From NCBI GenBank assembly GCA_026914245.1, contig CP110439.1:2790001-2854000 (forward strand): 64,000 nucleotides of DNA, read 5' to 3'. Shown in pieces: positions 1 through 14,121 of this stretch. The notes beneath the pieces were generated by a model, which was not told where the DNA came from, searched no databases, and saw nothing but the letters and a program-made list of their open reading frames with translations. The first letter of the stretch is position 1. Each line of letters opens with the position of its first letter. Source of the DNA: Puccinia triticina. Taxonomy: Eukaryota. The position numbers and the translations under genes were made by a program.

Positions 1-2205
1 AATTCAGATTTCGGGATGGAAATGACTCTGGAATTTTGTACAAGATAGTCGCCGGGAGTAGCGCGAAATGACATCGGCAAAGGAATACATAGCTCAGGCA
101 AGCCTCGAATGGATCGACTGACGTGGATGCCTTTTTCTTGCGTCTATTGGCGTGCATGGATCATAGGAATTGGAAGCCTGTGTGGTAACGGAGGAGCAGA
201 TCTGTAATCATCTGATATTTACTTCATTTGCTGCAGGACATGCCGCATAGTCACAGGATTCGACAGACGCGTAGGCAAGCTCAGGGAAACGTGGTGGATT
301 GATGACATGAATCTTGGTCCAGAGCAGGAAGGAGACTGTCAGGGGGAAGGCAAGATGTGCAGACGGAGGGAAAAATATGATTGGTAGGTTGCTGTTGGAC
401 AGCTGACACAGAAGCGGAACACACGTCCAGCCCGAGGCAAGCGGATGTGGGGCCTTAATTCCATAGCCATGAGCTGATGACGGTGAGCGGAGTTGACTTG
501 TGTCAACCAGCGCAGGGATAGATGATAGCAACTTTGTTGTATCCAGACAGAGCGACACACAAATATAGGCATCTGTTATATCCAGCGCATGTGGTCCGTG
601 GAGGAAGGAGAAATCTAATCTGATATAGATTTGCCCACCAATCCAGATTTATGATCAAAGATTTATGATTCTTAGGATACACGGTGCGCATCGCCCACCA
701 GACAACTCTGTCATATCGTTGGGCTTTCTTCGGAGGGTGAAAGTTTCATGAAGGAGAGGGACTTACCCGACGTGGTCGACGAATCGGATCTGTGGAACTG
801 GAAGGAATAGTGACAAGCGCGCAAATGAAGTTTGATTGTTGAAGGAACTTGAACCACTCGGAGCTGGGGGATTAATTGACCGGAGCAGGTAGTGGGATGA
901 GTGTTGACGGCTTATAATACATGAATGGTGCTAGGGTGTCCGAAACGAAGACAGGAATATATTTCTTTGACACGCCGCCTCCAGGACTTTTTTACGAGAC
1001 TGCGTGCGTCGCTGCATCCTGGGACACTCATTGGAAACAGAGTAATGGCTTCATGACTAGACAGGCAAGTCTCCCACAACTAGCGATCTTCAGGTCAAAT
1101 TGGTCTAGAAAGAATGAACTCTCAGGAAAGCTACGGGGAGACTCTGAAAAGCGGAGATATTTGCATTTGAACAAGGGTTATTTATTTCAAATTGATCGGT
1201 TGGCTCACGCCGAAGCATACTATGTAAATATGTACCATAGCGAGGTAGAAAGGAGCTTGGCCGGAGAAGAGCTGAGCTGGGCCACCTGGGCTATGAAGTT
1301 GAGCCTATGTAGTCTACCTAGCTTTATCAAATATTTATGAAATATCTTTTGTCTTCATTCGCAAAAGTGAAACAAGAACATTCTTTCTAATGAAATTGTG
1401 AACACCCCAAAACGTAAACCATGCCCCGGACTTCGATCCTATCACACCAGTAACGTTTACGCCTCACAAACTCTGCGAGTGACCTCAATCTATGGGCCGC
1501 CTCTCGTGCATTACAAGTCTGAGAGAAAGGTGAACGAGGAAACAAATCCGGGATGAAGCTTCATTCCGACATGGTTGAGCAACCCGGGCTTTCGCGCTGT
1601 AGTTACTCAACGAGAAGGACGTCTGGCTTCGTTTCGAAAGAAAAAAAAACCGGACCGCGGCCTCAGCAGTCGAGCATGATTTCAGCGACAGTCTGGTTTC
1701 CAAGCTCTTTGAGGTTGGACAAACCTCTCCTCGACAGGCCAGATGTTTGAAAGTGATGATCTCGCAGTTGCGTAGCTTTGAGCCTTTGCTCTGCCCGATT
1801 CGAGACAGGCACGGCGGCCGGGAAGGGTGAATTCATTTGAAATCCAGTGGAAACTGCAAACATAATACGTCATGTTGAGCTTCCCACGAGCTGAGCCAGC
1901 TCTTTCCGAGTTTCTCAATTGCGTAAAGCCCGCAGCAGATGAATAAGCCCTGTTGAAGCGCCGGAGACGGAGGAGTGTGAAGTCACACATGTCGGTTCTA
2001 GATCCGAATGTGTTATCCCATGCTGAATGTAAGGACAGGTGCATAAATGCATACTTTTTACTGTGCAAGGATCTATGTAACACTCAACAACTGTGCAAAT
2101 AGGAGGGTTCATGTTAGTCAAACCTTGTTATGTAAACTTGACACTTGCTTGTTCTCAGAATGTGTTTAGGTTTAGTGGGCAGCTCTAAGCAAGCTCCCAT
2201 GTGCA

Positions 2206-2482
2206 GACTGGAGGACTTCCCCTCAATCTGGGAACCCCTTCCAGACCCAGATCTGAGCCAAATTTCACAGGGAAATTTAGGCTTTGAGACTCTGGGAGGC
2301 TCTCAGATTGCTCCCAGATTGCGACGGGAAGTGGAGGACTTCCCGCCAATCTGGAAACCCAGATTTTCCTAGATTTTGCAGGGAAATCTAGGCAGATCTA
2401 GGATTTGGGACGATTGAGCCCAGATTTCCCCGCAAAATCTGGAAAAATCTGAGTTCCCAGATTGACGGGAAGTCCTCCAGTC
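2206..2482. repeat. Inverted-repeat (MITE-like) segment
   Basis: GACTGGAGGACTTCCC(C/G)TCAATCTGGGAAC at 2206 recurs inverted ending at 2482, with an internal partial copy near 2332. No TSD established. Confidence 0.55.
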
Positions 2483-3387
2483 CTCCACTGGATGACTTTC
2501 TTTTGAGTCTGGGAGCCTCCCACATCTCAATTTACACACCGAAGCTCTTAATTTTCAATCACACTGTTTGTAGCTTTGGTAGGTACCTTAATTTAGGGTT
2601 CAGAGGGGCATCTAGAGCTTGCTAAGTGCAATGGGAAGTCATTGACTGATTGCTAAAATTGTGCATAAGTAAACAAACTTGGTTCAAATTGGCAAGCATT
2701 TTGGTGCAACATGAACCTCCTTTCTCCAAAGGCATATGATTTTCAAATTTGAGCAAGGCTGGTGGGGTGGCACTTCTGATCAAGTTTCATTGTGGCATTT
2801 TGCATCCAAAACAGGCCTGCCCACCAAAACTAAACACTTTATGAGATTGGGCAAACTGTTTTGACTGTTGATTTTACTGTACACACTACATGAACTTAAT
2901 CACACCATGTCTTGCATATATGTGTAAAACCCATATGGTGGTGTATCAAAGTAAACAAAGTTTGCTCCTTAGTCTGCTGGACCAGTCAATCAGACAAATA
3001 TTTATTGGTGTACAATCACCTGAAACCCCCTAAGCCACTAAGACAATCTAGTCTTATGATCAAAAACCCTTATCACAAATATACAGATTGAATCTCTGTC
3101 TATTTTCAATTCAGAATGTTTTATGGAGATGCTGACTGGCAAAACACAGTATCCGACATGGGCATCACACATGGCATTGGGACCAGATCAGACAGTAACT
3201 CTGCAACTGTCTTCTGCTTGCATAGTCTGATTCTTGTAGCTCCATTGATGTGTTGCAATCCTCTGAATTAAACTTTCCAAAAACAGTGGAAAATGTTTGA
3301 CATGGTATAAAAGATGTAACAACAAGTACATGGGGCTGCTTGTCCTGCAGTAACTTGGGTAAATTTCAAAGGTTTCAGATATGAAAA

Positions 3388-5052
3388 CGGGTTTACTTCG
3401 CGCACGGAGGGAAACTCGTTGCGCACGGGAATTTCCGTTGACTCAACGTCACGTGACGTCGGGCCCCCCTCCGTGCGCGCCACCAGCTCCCCTCAAAAAA
3501 CTATCCGCACACGGGGGTGCCGTGCGGTGACAGGTGGCCGGGGTGAAGCACTCCGGCCACCCGGAGGAAACAATCCCCTCGATGACCGGCACAGACCGGT
3601 CATCGAGAGACTACACTCTCGATGACCGGAATAGACCGGTCATCGGGAGGTACATCCCTCTCGATGACCGGAATAGCCCGGTCATCGGGAGGTACATCCC
3701 TCTCGATGACCGGAATAGCCCGGTCATCGGGAGGTACATCCCTCTCGATGCCCAGACCGGTCATCGAGAGGACATATCCCCCTCGATGACCGGTACAGAC
3801 CGGTCATCGGGAGGCTAAATCCCTCTCGATGCCCAGACCGGTCATCGAGAGGACATATCCCCCTCGATGACCGGAATAGACCGGTCATCGGGAGGCCAAA
3901 ATCCTCTCGATGACCGGAATAGACCGGTCATCGGGAGGCTACATTCCTCTCGATGACCGGCATAGACCGGTCATCGGGAGGCTACATCCCTCTCGATGAC
4001 CGGCATAGACCGGTCATCGAGAGGCTACATCCCTCTCGATGACCGGAATAGACCGATCATCAGGAGGTTACATCCCTCCCGATGACCGGAGTAGACCGGT
4101 CACCGAGAGGATACATCTCTCTCGATGACCGGCATTCCGGCCATCGAGAGAACACACCTCTCTCAATGACCGGCATTCCGGTCATCGAGAGGCTACATCC
4201 CTCTCGATGACCGGAATAGACCGGTCATCGGGAGGTTACATCCCTCCCGATGGATGACCGGAATAGACCGGTCATCGAGAGGACACATCCCCCTCGATGA
4301 CCGGTCTGTACCGGTCATCGAGGGGACACATCCCTCTCGATGACAGGTCTATGCCTGTCATCGAGAGGGATGTGTTCTCTCGATGACCGGAATGCCGGTC
4401 ATTGAGAGAGGTGTGTTCTCTCGATGGCCGGAATGCCGGTCATCGAGAGAGATGTATCCTCTCGGTGACCGGTCTACTCCGGTCATCGGGAGGGATGTAG
4501 CCTCCCGATGACCGGTCTATGCCGGTCATCGAGAGGAATGTAGCCTCCCGATGACCGGTCTATTCCGGTCATCGAGAGGATTTTGGCCTCCCGATGACCG
4601 GTCTATTCCGGTCATCGAGGGGGATATGTCCTCTCGATGACCGGTCTGGGCATCGAGAGGGATTTAGCCTCCCGATGACCGGTCTGTACCGGTCGTCGAG
4701 GGGGATATGTCCTCTCGATGACCGGTCTGGGCATCGAGAGGGATGTACCTCCCGATGACCGGGCTATTCCGGTCATCGAGAGGGATGTACCTCCCGATGA
4801 CCGGTCTATTCCGGTCATCGAGAGTGTAGTCTCTCGATGACCGGTCTGTGCCGGTCATCGAGGGGATTGTTTCCTCCGGGTGGCCGGAGTGCTTCACCCC
4901 GGCCACCTGTCACCGCACGGCACCCCCGTGTGCGGATAGTTTTTTGAGGGGAGCTGGTGGCGCGCACGGAGGGGGGCCCGACGTCACGTGACGTTGAGTC
5001 AACGGAAATTCCCGTGCGCAACGAGTTTCCCTCCGTGCGCGAAGTAAACCCG
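3388..5052. mobile_element. Non-autonomous foldback DNA transposon of the MULE-related TIR family, with an internal palindromic minisatellite
   Basis: Terminal inverted repeats (TIRs) of about 190 bp, apparently identical, start CGGGTTTACTTCGCGCAC. The 8-bp TSD TATGAAAA is at 3380-3387 and 5053-5060. The interior is mirror-image arrays of ~35-bp units CTCTCGATGACCGG-N4/5-ACCGGTCATCG. Confidence 0.92.
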
Positions 5053-5876
5053 TATGAAAAAAGCCATGATTTAATGCAGCTCTGTTTGAGTATACATGGC
5101 ATAATTATTAGAGATTTCCAGGATATTCATTCAAACACCCACTTTTTTGCTGATTCAGTCAGGTTTGGAACATTTTCCAACTCTTAAAGAAATGGACTTG
5201 CTTTGTGCACTGTGGTTAACTGGTCCACAACATTGCATCACCCTGTCAAACACATTGCGCACTGCAAATTCCTCTTGAAACCAAAAAACAAAGCACCAAT
5301 TTTTCTTTGAAGAATTGGTAGATAGGGTCTTCATTACCTTATACAAAAATTTTAGGAGCGTTTTTGGCTTGCCTTGAGGCTGTAAGAAATTACCAAAAAA
5401 AATATTTTAATCCTGGAGATGTCCAAAATGCATCTTGCAGTGTACAGTAGCTCTATAATTTTAGCAGCATCATTTAACATGTTAAAAAAACCTCCATCAG
5501 TTTTCAGATTTTCCCCACAGCCCTGTGTGAGAAAATTGTGTTGACTGTAGTTTCAAGAATTCAAAGACAGTAATAGGTTCTGTTTCCTTCTCATGGTTCT
5601 GTTTCCTTCTTGAGATTCTGTTTCCTTCCCAAAGATGAACAGAAATATCATTGGCTTGATTGTAGCTGTGTATTATAATCTAAAGCTTTTTAACACATCT
5701 TATTCAGAATATTTTGTATTTTACTTGGCCAGAGCTCATTTTAATTCATTGGGAAGTCAAGGATAAAATGAACCAGTTTTCTTAGATGGAACAGGAGCGG
5801 AAATAAAACATGTGTGTTTTCTTTGAAGAGTGTAGAAAAGAAAATCAAGCATTTGTTGATGTAGACTCCTCCAAAT

Positions 5877-6960
5877 CTATAACAACTGGTAAGCCAGATG
5901 GATTGTTAGGAAATTGGTGGTCCCATTCATCTGGTTTAATTGGATTATTGCCTCCCATTCTTTGGTGGCCTCCCTTCTCCATTTAAAACAGTGGGGATGT
6001 ATTTTTGGAGCAGGATAAATGCTTCTTCCAAACTGAAAAGAATTGTAGTGATACTTCCCTTCAAGATAGACAATAAATATTGGTGGATTGTTGGTCGGTC
6101 CATGTGAAAAAGGGAGGGAATTTGCAACAATTAAGTTCAAAATGCGAATCACTGGTCATTGATACACATCTGCAAGAGGATCACCATGTCAAGGGAATTT
6201 CATCCAAAAGTGTGTTGATTCAGCTGGCGTGAAGAAGTAGTTGAGATTCAAATGTAACCATTTGAATCAGCGGTGGGTAGTTACCATACGCTACGATAAC
6301 CGCCGTTATCTGCGTAGCGTAACACTTGCCGTTACTGCGCTCCACCGTTAGCGCTAATAGTAACGACCAGTTGTAACCCCGGGCCTGTATCGTAATGGGC
6401 CTGATTTTTTTGGTGAGTTACTCACGTTACTAGTAGCGTAACGCGTTAACCACCGGTTAACGAGATAAAGAGGGGCAAATGGCCCCCTCTGGATCATATT
6501 CAGTCCGATATCTGCCCCTCCGTGCGGGCAGATATTGTAACGGATGTCAAATTTCAAACATCCTGGGTGTGTGATATTGTAACGCACTTCTGTTACGGTT
6601 AACGGTAACGGTAACGAGAGAGAAACCATTACAATATTGGTACGTTACCAATAACCGTACCGTAACTACCCACCGTTGTTTGAATGAAATTGAATCAGAT
6701 ATTCAGGAAATGTATTGTTTGTCCTTGTAGACCGGGCCACCGGCTGAGTATCAATTTACTTAAGCATTGCACAACAAACATCTTTCCAAGAGCCTTCATC
6801 TAGGCCCATGCTTACCTCTTCAGATCTGAATCTGCAGTGCCCATCACCATCAACTTCAAAGCTTTTCAAAATGCTAGATTTTAATTGCTTGACCACCGCA
6901 GTATACAGCCATGTTAGAAAAGCTTGCTTTTGGGCTGCTGATTTCAGCCTCAAAGCCTGT
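5877..6960 (-). pseudogene. Relic of the OTU-like C-terminal region of a MULE transposase
   Basis: EVDGDGHCRFRS..VSMGL and HGPTNNPPIFIVYLEGKYHYNSF closely match the 12454-13062 peptides. Interrupted by a MITE and frameshifts. Confidence 0.8.
6268..6678. mobile_element. MITE with 7-bp TSD
   Basis: TIR CAGCGGTGGGTAGTTAC / GTAACTACCCACCGTTG with TTTGAAT on both flanks. Removal restores DSISFKWLHLNLNYFFTP, collinear with DLTPFDRLRLNLNYFFSP in the 12.6-kb copy. Confidence 0.85.
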
Positions 6961-7887
6961 ATGGCTATTGTATGTCAGGAATGCCATTGGAAGAAAAAAC
7001 CTAGTTTCTTTGTTTTCCACTTTGGGGCCTTGACGGCCCCACCATTGGATTCCTGGAGCAATTTTACTTCAATTCAGCCCTTTGCCGCCCCTGCCTCCCT
7101 CTCCCCTTGCCCGGCCCGGCACCCATGTCAAGCAAAACTGGCTGCCCAAACGGGTTGTCAGAGTTCTGTTTTTACACTCACTAACCATACACGTAGTAGT
7201 ATATCATACCATAACCGTATTCCGTAGTAGTATAAACGTATTGTATCACGTATCCGTATTCCGTAGCTTAACCATGTCCCCTGTTCCTGTCACCTGTCCT
7301 GTCCCCTGTTATTGTTGTTAGGCCCCCCTTTTGGATCTTGCTGGGGGGTTCTCTAGTTGTTTGGTTAAAGTCCGCTCCTCAGACATGAAATAAAAATAAT
7401 TGAGTCTGAGCCTTTCAATAAATTTTTCTCCTTCAAACTTCAGTGAGAAAAATCAGTCCCAAGCTCCTCTTTCAACTACCCTCTCTCACCCCTCCTCAAA
7501 GACAAAACTTGACACAGGCTTTGTCTACCTGTACAGGCCTGTGGCTGAAATGCTGAAATTGTTTCAGCCACATGAGCCGGCAAGCTTTTCTAACATGGCT
7601 GTAATGATGATGAGCCTTTCAACATTACAGAAATCAGAAAATGGTGATTAATAATCTGTTAATTCAGTATGTGTAGGATTGACAGCAGGATATTTTTCTG
7701 AGAAACATCCTTGCCATGTACCACATATGTATCCAAATCATATTTTCAAGAGGAAGCCAGACTTTAATACAAAACAAAAATCATGGAATCCCAGTAAGTT
7801 TAAGCATAACAAATATTCAACATCCAACCATATGTCAAACCACACAAAGCACAGATCAAAAATCAAGCATTTTTTGCATTATCTTTT

Positions 7888-10800
7888 TGGACTTACTTCA
7901 CGCACTGCCGGAAACTCTTCGCGCACTGTGGGAGTCGTCGTCTTGACATCCAGGCCCCTGTGCGCGCCGCTGCGACGGCTCTTTGCGCACTGCACAAGAA
8001 GAGCTAGCTTTCCTGTGGTTATTGCTCCATATATTGTCATAGGCACTACCTATCACCTCTCTGAAATTTTCTTGAGGTACTGGGGGCTCTCTTTCCCACC
8101 TAAGAAAATTATGAAAAATTAATGAAAAAGAAAATATACTCGGGTCCCCTTAGGGGGATTAAAGAGCAGGCAGCCGGGAAGGGGATTGAACCCCGGGGGT
8201 CTCACACTCAGATGCCAAGATACTGGTACACCATACTTGTCACTTCTCAGAGCATCCACCACCGTCTAGGTAAATCTTTAGCTAGCCAGCGAGTCCCGCG
8301 AGGCTTGGTTGCTTAGCTAAAGAAAAAACCCACCCTCGCCAGCTGTTATCGGCTCAATAGGTAACACAAATTTAGCTAAAGACACCAACAGCACCCTCAT
8401 GTCTATGTAAGTACTTATTTAAATACCCTTGGTTAAGTAGCACAGCACAAGAGAATGACCAGCTCAACATACGGTACATGTGTGAAACCCCGGTCATACA
8501 CACCATCAATGTCCGTTCATACCATCAATGTCCGGTCCTACCATCAATGAACGGACATCCCATTGATGGACCGGTCATACAATTGAATTTCTGGTCATCT
8601 TATCGAATGACTGGTCATTGTATTGATGCACCGGCCATACCGTTGATGGTCCGGCCGTATTATTGATGACAGCCCATGCTATTGACAACCAGGCATTTTA
8701 TCGATGGACTGGTCATCCTGTTGATGGACCTGTCATCCTGTTAATGGACAGGTCATCCTATCGATGGACCGTATGACTGGTCATCCTTGCAAGGACGAGT
8801 CATCCCGATAACTGGTTGTGCTATCTGATGACCAGTCTATCCATGACCAGTCATCCTATAGATGACGGGTCATCTGATCAATGATCGGACATCATATCAA
8901 TGTCCGGTCTATTGAATTTGATGTCCGGTCATCCTATCTGATGACTGGCTGGTTGAGCAATGACCGGTCATCCCATTGATGACCGGTTGATTGATGACCG
9001 GTCAATCAATATGATGACCGGTTGAGGGGTGGAGAGCTACTGACATGTACATATGTATTTATCTGCTGTGTACATGTGCTGGGGGTACTTGTGGTTTGGC
9101 GAGGGCAGTTGGCAGGCTCGCTAGAATGGTCTTACAGAGGCTCTGTAGCCGTTGGTAAATCTAGCGAGCCTTAAAGATTTACCAAACAAATATTTAGCTA
9201 AAGAGCCCTAAAGAGGGCACGGGGGTAGAAAATTGCTTACATACTCGGTAAATATGCCTTACCGAGCGGGTTTACAGAGACGGTGGTGGATGCTCTCACT
9301 CTGCCGACAATCAATAATGGATCCTGGACTCGCTGATACTGCTGCCTCAACAGACACAAAACATGGCAACAACTCATCTACTTGTCAGTTCCCAATTGGC
9401 CAACAAACAATACTGGATCCTTGACTCGCCGCTACTGCCTTACCAGACACAAAAAATGGCGAAAAACCTCCAAAAACTGACAAAGATCCTCCATTGGAAG
9501 ACAAAACTGCATCAAACGCTGACTCTGAACTCAGTAATATGATTCCGGCGCCAAAAACTGACGAAGATCCTCTACTCGAAGATGAAATCACAAAAAACGC
9601 CAACTCTGAACTCAATAAAACGATTCCAGCGCCCCCGGAACAGAGCTACGCGTCAAGGAAGGAGTGCTACAACAGTATCCAGACTTGGGCCCTCAATAAT
9701 GGCTATGCCATTGCCATGGCTAGATCATACCCATTCAAAGGTTCAACTTGAGTTGTTTACCAATGCAATAAGTCTAGCTATTATTGGCCTCATCGAAACC
9801 AGGCAAAGGACACTCTAGATGACAACAACTTGGATTCTCAGCTGGATACTCTTGACAAAAAGAAAACAGATCCTCTAGACGAAAAGAAAACCCCAGATGC
9901 TCCTCTAGACAAAAAGAAAACTCTAGATGCTCCCTGGGACAAAAAACAAGAAAAGAAAGACAACTTGACCGCTCTGAAGCCCAAAACAAATGTTGGGCTA
10001 ACTCGCAAGGCCATGTGCCCATTCCGCTTGAATCTAACACAAAACCTAGATACCAACAAGTGGGACTTGGAGATCAAAAACTCAGCCCACAATCACGCGC
10101 GCTCAGACCATCCTACAGCCCACATCATCCACCAAAGACTCACCGCTGAGCAGATTGAAGAAGCCAGAAAGTTCCGAGCTGCGGGAGTTATGACAATCAA
10201 AAAAAAAAACTCATTGATGAAATCTAGTGCGACTCCACTTCTGGCGCCATTCAGATCAATCCACAACTTCAATTACCGAGAAAAGAAAAAGGAACTCAAA
10301 GGAAGATCCCCAATGGTGGCTGTGATTGATTGCCTCAGATCCAAATCTTTCACTTACCAAACAAAATCAACTTTCAACGTCAGGACAGGCTTGGATCACT
10401 TGTCCGCATTGTTTTTCACGCTTCCAGAATCCCTAGAACTAGCTTTGAAGCATCCATACTGTATTGAGATCGACGCGAATTTTAAGACAAATCTTTATGA
10501 TATGCCTCTGTTACATATTGGAGGTATTAACTCATGTAATCAATCATTTACTCTTGGGTTTTGCTTCCTTGCCAAGGAGCAGGAGCCTGATTTTACTTGG
10601 GCTTTGTAGCAGCTGAAATTGGCACTTCAACCGCATGTCCCTTCTGTGATCCTTACCAACAAGGAGGCAGCTCTAATGACCGTGATTCAAACCGTCTTCC
10701 CAACTACCTGCAACCTCCTGTGTCAGTGGCACATTGGCCAAAACCTGTTCACGCACTGTTGTCCAATCCTCGGCGAGGAAGCTTATGTGAAATTCTGATT

Positions 10801-13744
10801 GGTGTGGAACTGTCTCTTGTTTTCTAGATCAGCCAGCATTTACGAGAAGAACTTGGTCAAGTTGGAGTCTACCTGTACACCTGAGATCATGGCGTATCTC
10901 AAAAAAAAATTGGTTCAATCTGACCAACCAATTTGTCAAGTATCAGATCAGTGATGTACTTCATTTCAACAATGTCACAACTTCCCGAATTGAGAGTCTG
11001 CATGCCTCCGTCAAGCAATTCCTTAAGGGAAGAAACTCCTCGATGCACACGACTATCACCGATATGCATGATGCAGTCAAACATCAGCTACACAAGCTCA
11101 TGATCAAATGCACCACTCAGAAGCAAGTCCACAACAACAACCTACCCAAAGTACTTAGTCGCCTAGGCGGAAACATCTCTCATCATGCAATTATAACAAT
11201 GCAATGCTTGCTAGCTTCCAATAAGTCTTGCGAATGCAAGAACTGTTCTCACAAAACTTAAATGGTAATCCCCTGTGCCCACAAAATCCAAAAGCTTGAA
11301 GCGGATGGTCTTTATGTGGATAGTGAATCTATTCACAAGCAGTGGCATCTTCCAGAAAAATCTGTATGTTTGTCTCTCCGTTGACTTGATATCTTGATTT
11401 CCTGCTTCAACTGTTCCCCATGTTTCTTTTTACAGGAGATTGATATCTTGCAGCAAACTCAGACTGATCAATTACCCAGCAACAAAGAGTATGAAAAGAT
11501 ATTCCTGCAGGAGATCTACAAGCGCTTTCAGAATCTGCCCACGCACAAAAAGCCCGACTGCATCAAGGAGTTCACTCAGTTACTTGACCAATCACATGTC
11601 CTGAAACCTCTTGAAAACCCTATCAAACAACCACACAAAGGTTGTCTAAAAGGGGCGGTGAACAAGCCCAAAGAAGAATCACAAAAATTGACTAAACGCA
11701 ATCCCTCGGCATGGGAGTACCAAGTGCCCAAAAAGAAACCAGGTCGACCATTAAAGACCAAACCTCCCACTGGCAATCCCAAAAATGTTGAAACTGGACA
11801 AAAGCGTCCCTGAGGGCGACCTGTTGGATCAAAGGTCAGTTACACTGTTGTCAATGTCTTATTTTTTTTAAGGCTAACTTTTGTGGCCTTCTTGATTTCA
11901 AGCAGAACAAATCAAAACAACTCAAAAAGTCTATCTCTGAGAGTGAGAGCTCTGCATTGTCAAGCAATTCTGAGGACAAGGAGCTTCCAGCCAATCCGTT
12001 AGAGCTAGTAACTGTAAGCCTCATCTTAATTCTTGATTGAATCCTTTACTTATTCAAATGGTGGACTTCCAATGTATATACAACAGAGATTGAGAAGGGT
12101 TGTTCAACGATCCAATCAAAAAACCAGGTTGGCTTTAGCTTTGAAAGACAATGAAATCCCCAATGGGAATGAAACCCTCAATGAGAAAGAATGGAAACCA
12201 GCCAAAAACACAGATCAAGAAGAAAACATTCTGGACACTTCCAGAACCAAGAAACAGGAGGATGATGGTGCAAAAAACAATGAAGAAAAAACAGACCAAG
12301 AGCTGGATGATGATTCTGAGGCAGTATCAAGATGGGTAAAGTTTAATCAGGTAAGCTATGACTGCTCTAATACAAATACCTTTGTAGATTGATGCAGACT
12401 AACTACCATTTGCTTAATCTACATTCTTTTGGTAGGCCCACCCTTTTTATACTTTGGTTGCGGTGAGATTGAGGTCTACTATCTCAATGTTAATTGATGT
12501 GGACGGCAACGGTCATTGTGGCTTCAGATCAGCAGCTGTAAGCATGGGTCTAGAGGACGAATCATGGCCTGACATTCGCAGGGAGATGTTGAAGCCGATG
12601 GACAAAAATGCTGTTTACAAGGAGGAAAAGTACATCTCAACAATCTCGGATTTGACCCCTTTTGACCGATTAAGGTTGAACCTCAATTACTTTTTCTCTC
12701 CTACGCGATCAAAGCAATATTGGATGAACTTCCCTTGACATGGCGATCTTCTGGCCGATGCATTCCAATGACCCGTTATTCACATTTCAAACCTTATCAT
12801 CTCGACGTTCCTTCCTTTGTTGCACGGCCCAACAACCAATCCACCAATATTCATTGTATATCTTGAAGGTCATTATCATTTTAATGCTTTCCGCTTTGAG
12901 GGAAGCATTTATCCTGCTCCAAAAATAAGTTCACACTGGTTTAAATGGAGAAGCGAGGACGCAAAGGAATGGGAAAATGTTATACAGTTAAATTGTGATG
13001 AATGGGACAGAAGATTTCCTCATGATCCCAATGTTTCTCCAGTTGTTTTTGAGTTAGAATAAAGAAAATAAACAATGCTTCACCACTCCTTAAACTAGCT
13101 TCTTTTCTGCGTTGCTTTTAAAACCTCCATAAGAAATCCACACTCCTTAGAAATACACACTCCTTTGAATCAAAACAATTTTTCCCCAAATGACACTTCA
13201 ATTTTCAATGATCTACCTCTTTAAGGGGGTGGGTTTGATTCCTGACAGTGAAGAAGAGCTTCCACAGCTTTAATCAAGCTAAAAAAATTCTTGGTCATTA
13301 CTCAGGAGACCAGGGAGTGGATCACTGCCCCAACATGCTTAAATTACACCAATACCTATTTGATGTACAGAAAAGCTCGGGAGAATTATGAAAATTATCA
13401 GGCCATGAATTTGCACATGCACCATTATACTGTGAAGCTTTTGTGGCTACTGGGGCACAGGAAGTGGTTCTACAGGTCCCTGCCGCATTAAAATCTGAAT
13501 TTTTCTTCTCAATTTTCTCTAGGCTCAAGGAGACCCCCAACTGTCTTGATTATTTTTTGGGGGGGTTATAAAAGGTCATTCTATCGATCCCTCAAATAAT
13601 ATCTCAAGAAATGTCAGCCGTTTTTTCGGGGGAATTCACAGTGCGCAAAGAGCCGTGGCAAAAGCGCGCACTGGGGGCAGGACGTCGAGACAACGGCCCC
13701 CACAGTGCACAAAGAGTTTTTTTGCAGTGCGCGAAGTAAGTCTG
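7888..13744 (+). mobile_element. Mutator-like element (MULE), full length but degenerate
   Basis: Left end TGGACTTACTTCACGCACTGC and right end GCAGTGCGCGAAGTAAGTCTG. TSD TATCTTTT at 7880-7887 and 13745-13752. Encodes a MULE transposase, with a degraded GATGACCGG array at ~8490-9025. Confidence 0.9.
9317..13062 (+). pseudogene. MULE transposase (FAR1-like DNA-binding domain, DDE core, OTU-like domain), disrupted
   Basis: Motifs TRKAMCPFRL..HNH, IEIDANFKTNLYDMPLLHIGGINSCNQSFTLGFCFL, LLCQWHI, DVDGNGHCGFRS and GHYHFNAF. Several in-frame stops and probable introns. Start approximate. Confidence 0.85.
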
Positions 13745-13772
13745 TATCTTTTTTCCTTGTCTCAATCATTTA

Positions 13773-13923
13773 GGCCCCATTTGGAGCCCATATAGTTGTG
13801 TGATATGATCTGGAAATTTGTGAGATCTGATCAAGTTTTGGCAGACCTGATCAGATGTCACATAGGATGTCAGGCAAAAAATAATAATATATCACCCAGA
13901 TTATATTGGCTCCAAACAGGGCC
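13773..13923. mobile_element. Tourist (PIF/Harbinger) MITE
   Basis: TIR GGCCCCATTTGGAGCC / GGCTCCAAACAGGGCC with TTA on both sides. Confidence 0.85.
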
Positions 13924-14121
13924 TTACCTTAGAAATTAACAAAGAAAAGGAAAACAGAAAATATCTAACTCATCTCAAAAATTTGGTAGTAATGGAAAAA
14001 CCAATTGGTTTCACTCATGACTTATATCTTTTTCTATAAATTTTTACATTTCTTGTTAAGGCCCCGTTTGGACGCCCAGTGTGATATGATAAATTGCATA
14101 ATAAAATACATAACACCCATT

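Noticed and set aside
1..2000. Possible host gene(s) at the window start
   Set aside because: Non-repetitive with a plausible minus-strand intron near 708-766, but no consistent reading frame or recognisable product could be assembled.
3575..4865. CRISPR-like array of palindromic repeats
   Set aside because: Spacers are only 4-7 bp and recurrent, there are no cas genes, the context is eukaryotic, and the array lies inside a TSD-flanked transposon.
3268..5187. ORFs such as MAGVKHSGHPEETIPSMTG on both strands
   Set aside because: Translation artefacts of the palindrome and its tandem units. The same applies to ORFs at 15980-16266, 51623-52422 and 58206-58637.
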